Below, in pieces: positions 58,504-64,000 of a stretch of 64,000 nt of DNA (positions within the stretch are counted from its first letter, which is position 1; every line of letters begins with the position of its first letter). The notes under the pieces are model-generated. The model saw only the letters and a list, made by a program, of their open reading frames with translations. It ran no database searches and had not been told where the DNA came from. The position numbers and the translations under genes were made by a program. Source of the stretch: a virus; the IMG/VR virus record IMGVR_UViG_3300035698_017111, positions 82,773 through 146,772 of that record, one strand, 5' to 3'.

Positions 58504-58932
58504 ATGAAGATGGAAACAAAAGAAGTGGTAACAATGAGTAGAACTGAAATTCGGTTACTGATGCGGGAAATGATTCATAATGAATTTCAAAACAGAATGG
58601 TATCTCTCGTGGAAATTATTGACTTCCTCGAACGGAATTTCCCAAAACATTTTCAAGACCTTACACCAGATGCGAAATACGGAACTACGTTTAAGCATGA
58701 TATTCACTGGTGTTTGCATGAAAGTAGCCCGGCAACACGAGATGATATTATCAGAGCCGCTATGCTCTGCATGGAAGAGGTCACTGGAACTCCATTGACA
58801 AAAGAAGATAAGAAGAACATCAAGAACAAGGCCAAAACTCGACTTGATGAAAAGGGTCCACATAAAAAACCAACTCTTATTCCAGCTGAACGATATGACA
58901 AGAGTAAAAAGAGATCGTATTTTGTCTGGTAA
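58504..58932 (+). CDS. Hypothetical protein (possible winged helix)
   Basis: AAGGAG SD; FKHDIHWCL is reminiscent of Mrr-N/HTH domains. Confidence 0.55.
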   Translation: MKMETKEVVTMSRTEIRLLMREMIHNEFQNRMVSLVEIIDFLERNFPKHFQDLTPDAKYGTTFKHDIHWCLHESSPATRDDIIRAAMLCMEEVTGTPLTKEDKKNIKNKAKTRLDEKGPHKKPTLIPAERYDKSKKRSYFVW

Positions 58933-59077
58933 AACCGTACAATAAACGGAGACGAAAATTCTCACCTTTATTTAGGAGAAATGGTCAACCTATCCCTTTG
59001 GTTGGCCATTTTCTTTGCTCAATAAGATTTGACTTCCACTCAGCCAAACCATATACTGGAATAGACAGGAGACAAAC

Positions 59078-59368
59078 ATGCAAGATCAACTGTATTCAAT
59101 GTTTTGGTGGATAGGTGAAGTAATCATCATTATCGCAGGCGTGTGGTGGGTCTATTCTGTATCAAAACAGTTAGTGGTAAATACAAATGCAATTCGTTTA
59201 ACGATTATTGGTCTCTTTACTGTGTTTGTGTCATTCGCTATCAAGGGAAGTCTTATCGGATTATCTATTATGGGTATTACGATAATCGGATATTCCTTAT
59301 ACTGGCGTTTTGCCATCAACAAAGAAAAGAAATTGAAAGAATTACACAAGGAGAATGTAAATGAATAA
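59078..59368 (+). CDS. Membrane protein
   Basis: Three TM helices; promoter and AGGAG SD. Confidence 0.6.
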   Translation: MQDQLYSMFWWIGEVIIIIAGVWWVYSVSKQLVVNTNAIRLTIIGLFTVFVSFAIKGSLIGLSIMGITIIGYSLYWRFAINKEKKLKELHKENVNE

Positions 59369-59750
59369 TTTATCATTATCCATGGGAATCATATTGCTTG
59401 GACTGAGTATTGTCCTTGACATGTGTTCAAAGAGAGATCTGATTTTATCAAGGGTAATGTCCTCTCTGGGTCTGTTAATCCTGTCCGCAAATGCATTGTA
59501 CTATTCCGATAATAAAATCGTCATGTGGGCGATTCCGATATTGTTCTTAGTTAGTATTGTAATGCTCATTTTTTCAATCCAGAAGAATAAAGAGATTCGA
59601 GAACTGCTTAATGAAACAAAAGAGTTAGAGAATGAAATAAAACAACATAAAGAGATTGCTGCAAAAGGGAAGATTTTAGAAAAGAAACACGAAGAAAGAA
59701 TGCTGGAAATAAGAAGAGAAAGAGAAAAAGAAATGGGTGAGAAATTATAA
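59361..59750 (+). CDS. Membrane protein with a C-terminal coiled coil
   Basis: Three TM helices followed by a charged tail. Confidence 0.6.
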   Translation: MNNLSLSMGIILLGLSIVLDMCSKRDLILSRVMSSLGLLILSANALYYSDNKIVMWAIPILFLVSIVMLIFSIQKNKEIRELLNETKELENEIKQHKEIAAKGKILEKKHEERMLEIRREREKEMGEKL

Positions 59751-59766
59751 AGAAAAGAGATAAAAA

Positions 59767-60222
59767 ATGACAGTGCCAGCAAAATTCGGAGCAGATCCTC
59801 CTCATTATTCAATCCCTGTGTATAAAATGTATGAGTACAGAATCAGGTATTCTAAAGACTCTCGTTTTGTTCTTGCCAAAACCATAAGGCAAGCTTTAGG
59901 AGTCTTATCCAAAGCAAGTCATACTTTTATGGACACCTTAAACCTTTCGAATCTGAACGCAGTTGGGGACCAGAAAGATCCTATGGGTGATACCAAACTG
60001 TATATGTCGAAGGAAATCAAAAAGGGAATTCGACAAGAACTGTATCTGGTGGGTAAAAACACCTTGATGATTGTTCCAAATTTACACTTTTTGAAACCAT
60101 GTGGAGAACCGGATGAGATCATGTTTTTGGGGAATATCTTAATACCCAGAGAAGTGTTCTTGAAGGAATATGTCGGACAAGAAATCAAGGTAAGTAATCT
60201 TTTATCTATATTGGAGGGATAA
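59767..60222 (+). CDS. Hypothetical protein
   Basis: Operon ORF. Confidence 0.55.
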   Translation: MTVPAKFGADPPHYSIPVYKMYEYRIRYSKDSRFVLAKTIRQALGVLSKASHTFMDTLNLSNLNAVGDQKDPMGDTKLYMSKEIKKGIRQELYLVGKNTLMIVPNLHFLKPCGEPDEIMFLGNILIPREVFLKEYVGQEIKVSNLLSILEG

Positions 60223-60223
60223 A

Positions 60224-60661
60224 ATGGAAAAACAAAAACTACTAATTGCAACAGTTGGACTCCCTAAGAGTGGGAAGTCTACTTGGGCTCTTACTCAAAA
60301 CCTACCCATAGTGAGTCCAAGTAGCATCCGTCGTGCAATGTACGGAGAGAGATTCCTACTACAAGCAGAACCATGGGTGTGGACAATGGCCAAAACAATG
60401 GTCGAAGCACTGTTTCTGGCCGGACACAAATCTGTTATCCTAGACTGTTCGAATGTAAGACGAAGAAATCGTGATCAATGGAAATCTGAAAAATGGAAGA
60501 CTGTATTCGTCAACATTAAAACACCTAAAGAAGTATGCCTCGCCAGAGCAACAGAGAATGGTGATGAGTCAATAAAAATGATGATCGAAGCCATGGACGA
60601 GGACTTTGAACCCTTGGACGACGATGAGAAATGTCAACTGTCAACAAAATACTACCCGTAG
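60224..60661 (+). CDS. Polynucleotide-kinase-like P-loop kinase (AAA_33)
   Basis: VGLPKSGKSTWA, SPSSIR, VILDCSN..R..R, EVCLARA. Confidence 0.85.
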   Translation: MEKQKLLIATVGLPKSGKSTWALTQNLPIVSPSSIRRAMYGERFLLQAEPWVWTMAKTMVEALFLAGHKSVILDCSNVRRRNRDQWKSEKWKTVFVNIKTPKEVCLARATENGDESIKMMIEAMDEDFEPLDDDEKCQLSTKYYP

Positions 60662-60670
60662 GAGAATATA

Positions 60671-61291
60671 ATGAACAGAGAAGAAATTGGTTGGCACGTC
60701 ACATACGGAACTCAATTAAATTTTGCGGACAAAAGAGAAATCGTTGTCGGTGAGAAAATTCGTTTTCAAAAAAACCCTAAACCAGACAAATTTTACACAC
60801 AAGGACTTAAGGGCAGATTCAATCTCTTTGTGGGAAGGCCATCAATGTGCATTCAAGGAATGCACTCTTCACCAGATGTCAGGTCAGCACTTTGGTATTT
60901 TTATTCTATATGTTCAAATGATCACGAGCCATCTGGTGTGGATTTACTCTGGAGAGTTAAAACATACGGAATAACCCAGAGAGGTACACATCAAACATCC
61001 GAATCGGCTTATGTTGATGAATATAGAACAGAATATCTTAAGGTAAAGAAAGTTGTTGGAGCGGAAAGAAAAGCCTTGTGGTGTGTTCCAGTTTCTGTTC
61101 TGTTCTTGGCATTGTATCCACAATATAAAGATTCTAGTATAGCAAGAGGTGGTGTGGATTGTGAAACGAATTCAGAAAGATATGATTGGAAAGAAATGTA
61201 TAAGAAACCTGAGGAAAAAATACTCGAAGTAACTATGAAGCACTATGTTGATAAAGTAAAAGAAGATTTGTTGAAGGATGATATTGTGTAG
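60671..61291 (+). CDS. Hypothetical phage protein
   Basis: GWH...CIQGMHSS...AL.Y...LWRV pattern; AGGAG SD. Confidence 0.6.
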   Translation: MNREEIGWHVTYGTQLNFADKREIVVGEKIRFQKNPKPDKFYTQGLKGRFNLFVGRPSMCIQGMHSSPDVRSALWYFYSICSNDHEPSGVDLLWRVKTYGITQRGTHQTSESAYVDEYRTEYLKVKKVVGAERKALWCVPVSVLFLALYPQYKDSSIARGGVDCETNSERYDWKEMYKKPEEKILEVTMKHYVDKVKEDLLKDDIV

Positions 61292-61433
61292 TTGGGTTGG
61301 GGTCGGGCAACGTTGTTATCGTTGTTAGTGTGGTAATGCCACGGAGTGGCACACCGCATTTTTTGGGCGTTTGGAGCCTTTTCAACGGTGTAGAAAAAAC
61401 AATTATGACATCAAAGGACGTAGGTCAACGATT

Positions 61434-64000
61434 TCACGAGTTTCTTAAATAATTGAAAACAACTGGCTGACCGTGAGAAAACTCCCGACTATCCTCCTCA
61501 GGGGATGGTGGCGATGCCTGGGCTATACGCAGATTAAAAATAGAACTCGCAACGGGTTTCGAGACGGGTAGACGATACATCGTCTCAGAAAGACGATAAT
61601 CTTTATTCCTACCACGATTCTCCACAAAACCAAATCTTTTGTAGAAACGAACCAGACGTGAATGAGATGTCGTGCCCTGATAATCATCTTTCTGGCCGGG
61701 AGAAAGTAAGATTCTTTTGCCGACTGAGTCGGCATAATCACATAATTCCTGCATAAACGCAGAACCAATACCTTGTTTTCGATTTTCTTTCTGTATGATT
61801 AAAGAACTGAGTACGATATCGTCGTCACCTTTCTCGTACATATAAACATCTGCACCGTTTTCTTCATACTTCTCTTTTATTGTATCCAACGATACCAGAC
61901 CGTCACCAAATTCTTGACTCATTTCATATGTTATTGCTAAATCAGGATAATTGTCTAAAATTTCCTGTGGTACTTCTTGACCTTGAGACAACGCCCTTTC
62001 AACAGCTGCCCGTTCCAACTCCTCTTCAGGTGTCGTTGGTGTCGAATTCAACGGAAATTCTTTTTGGGCCAAAAGAATCCTATGGTGGTTGTACGCCATG
62101 ACATATACATTCTTACCAATATCTGTGTAAAGATTGTGCTCTTCACCAAATTCTTGTTTCTTTTTGTATTTCTTACGCTCTTCTAATCCAGGGAAGTTAA
62201 TGTCAGAATATCCCTTACCGGAAACCACGTTCTCATACTGTCTTTCTTTTTTGATCAACTCGGCCCACTTCAGATAAGAATCATGAAGTTTCTTAGAGTT
62301 TTGACTATTTGCACTCAGGTTGTCATCGTACATACCAGCAGTTTCAATATTGTCCAAGTAAAGAGTACTGGACTGTCCCAACCTTATCCACGATTGACCC
62401 ACCAATTGACCCTTTCTATCAAATACGGTTAAGAAACCAGAACGAGGATTGTTGTACCCATCATAAACACATTCACTACCAATACCCTTGATGGTCTGAC
62501 AACAACCTGTCATATCACCAAGAACCGCACCGAGTGGATCTGACTTCTCTAAAATCTTGAAGGTAAAGCCATCTACGTCCCATTGTTGTGCGGGGATCAT
62601 CTGTTGTTCTGGTATCTTTAACTTATTAAAGAATTTACCTATGCTTTTGTCATCATAACCATGTTGGTCCAATGTGGTAACAAACGGTGTTTGCTCTGGA
62701 GTCGCATTTGGGTATATGTTGTTTGCCCTGTACAGAAAAATGCCTTCTTTGGTATCTGGATACTTCATATTAGACTGAGCTGGATCAACGATATCAACGC
62801 CAGCGTTTATTTGTCCCTTCTCAATTGCCGAAGCTCGACTTCTAAGTAAGGTGGCCACTTCTGAACGAGGAGTATTGGTTATGGACTCTAAAAATCTACG
62901 TAAACCCGGTTGATCAAGAATGTCTGTTTCGAAAAACAAATAAAGACTATCGTGTAAGTTCTCTTCCTGAGAACCAAAAACACGAGAACTGACCCAGGAC
63001 ATCAATGTCTTTCCAAGAACTTGCTTTAATCTATCCATGTCTACTTGTGATTTAAGAGATGATTCATCTAATTCTGTGTCCGAATACATGTTTTCATGTC
63101 TCACAGATTGATTCTCTTTCTCTATTTGTTGATTATACCCATCTACAAATGCAGACGTATTCGTATTAAGCCATTTCCTCTTTACGTTCTTCTTAATACG
63201 GACACCGTTTTGAACCATACTGGGAAGGGTCTCGGTGGGATCATACCCACCATTTAATGTATGGTACTCAACTATGGATTCGATACTGGATCTAACCGAT
63301 TCTAATTTTGCAACACTGGCCTCATCCTGCTCTACACCTTCCCCGTCCTCATCCACACCCTCACTAATAACATCTTTTAATACGTTGTTAGAAAACGACA
63401 TTACATTTTGAGGATCGTAACCAAAATTGACCATTATTTGACCCATGTTGACAGGATCATCACTCATGGACTGCAATACCGATTGCTCAGTGTTGGAAAG
63501 AATGGGAAGAAATTCTTCTTTAAACTCGGCCCTTGTTTCTAACTCTAAATTCTTGTCCTTACAGGTGTTGACAAAATCTTTGAGACCAGATAGACTCATA
63601 CCAAGGAGTTCTTTTATTGTTAAATCGTCATGTGCATCTAATCCTAAAATATCTTTTGCTTCCTCAATATTTTCTCGGTAGTAGGTTGTGTATGAATCTA
63701 TCTGATGATCTATCTCCGAATCACCATATATCTCCCATACGTGATTATATATTATATCTTCGTCCATATTTGCAATAATATCTTCATAATCAAATGAAAA
63801 ACCTTCATCTACTAGATTGGTAATGAATCGTTCAGTTAAATCTCTAGCCTCCCAATCACCATCTTCTATTACTTGCAATCGACCGTTAATATCTTCTTCA
63901 GGAAAGTGTTGTGCAACAAACTCGTCAAATCTGGTTATGTCTTCATTTTCTTCATTTAATTGAGACCGAAGATCGTCCAATTTTTCGTTTATCTTAGGAA
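61434..64000 (-). CDS. Large putative virion protein with a C-terminal GNAT acetyltransferase domain; 5' end beyond the window
   Basis: Frame is open to the window edge. LGDMTGCCQ block; RKQGIGSAFMQELCDYAD...RLVRFYKRFGF GNAT motifs; FNLRIAQ motif. Confidence 0.7.
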   Translation of the reverse strand, partial: PKINEKLDDLRSQLNEENEDITRFDEFVAQHFPEEDINGRLQVIEDGDWEARDLTERFITNLVDEGFSFDYEDIIANMDEDIIYNHVWEIYGDSEIDHQIDSYTTYYRENIEEAKDILGLDAHDDLTIKELLGMSLSGLKDFVNTCKDKNLELETRAEFKEEFLPILSNTEQSVLQSMSDDPVNMGQIMVNFGYDPQNVMSFSNNVLKDVISEGVDEDGEGVEQDEASVAKLESVRSSIESIVEYHTLNGGYDPTETLPSMVQNGVRIKKNVKRKWLNTNTSAFVDGYNQQIEKENQSVRHENMYSDTELDESSLKSQVDMDRLKQVLGKTLMSWVSSRVFGSQEENLHDSLYLFFETDILDQPGLRRFLESITNTPRSEVATLLRSRASAIEKGQINAGVDIVDPAQSNMKYPDTKEGIFLYRANNIYPNATPEQTPFVTTLDQHGYDDKSIGKFFNKLKIPEQQMIPAQQWDVDGFTFKILEKSDPLGAVLGDMTGCCQTIKGIGSECVYDGYNNPRSGFLTVFDRKGQLVGQSWIRLGQSSTLYLDNIETAGMYDDNLSANSQNSKKLHDSYLKWAELIKKERQYENVVSGKGYSDINFPGLEERKKYKKKQEFGEEHNLYTDIGKNVYVMAYNHHRILLAQKEFPLNSTPTTPEEELERAAVERALSQGQEVPQEILDNYPDLAITYEMSQEFGDGLVSLDTIKEKYEENGADVYMYEKGDDDIVLSSLIIQKENRKQGIGSAFMQELCDYADSVGKRILLSPGQKDDYQGTTSHSRLVRFYKRFGFVENRGRNKDYRLSETMYRLPVSKPVASSIFNLRIAQASPPSPEEDSREFSHGQPVVFNYLRNS

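Noticed and set aside
1-64000. Genome-wide stop-codon reassignment (code 4/15/25), suggested by the RF gene and the UCA anticodon
   Set aside because: Long genes are uninterrupted under code 11, and both TGA (many ATGA overlaps) and TAG terminate genes. Recoding appears local to the RF gene.

Overview
This is a 64-kb segment of a large (jumbo-type) tailed phage genome that is AT-rich and read in standard code 11. A minus-strand head module (8.5-31.8 kb) encodes a major capsid protein, a decoration protein, a scaffold, a giant protease/scaffold, an intein-containing portal and several acidic internal proteins. It is flanked by mostly plus-strand early/accessory genes rich in translation and RNA-repair functions: a class I release factor, IF-3, tmRNA, RtcB, a PNK-like kinase, an RNase Z-like MBL hydrolase, a nucleotidyltransferase, an SPFH protein and a Ro60/TROVE-like vWA protein. 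Four findings stand out. (1) An RF1-type release factor gene, only partly found by the ORF track, needs a prfB-style +1 frameshift at CUU-UAG-C and then readthrough of an in-frame UGA. (2) Three closed-stem ncRNAs share GAAC-N10-TACAG; two carry tRNA-like domains, one with a UCA anticodon. They lie directly upstream of a Ro60-like vWA + ARPP-like operon. (3) An SF2 helicase is followed by three tandem-repeat proteins whose shared leader looks like the missing half of the helicase's C-terminal HA domain. (4) The portal intein starts with Val instead of Cys/Ser/Ala. All family assignments come from motif recognition by eye; no database searches or folding programs were run.
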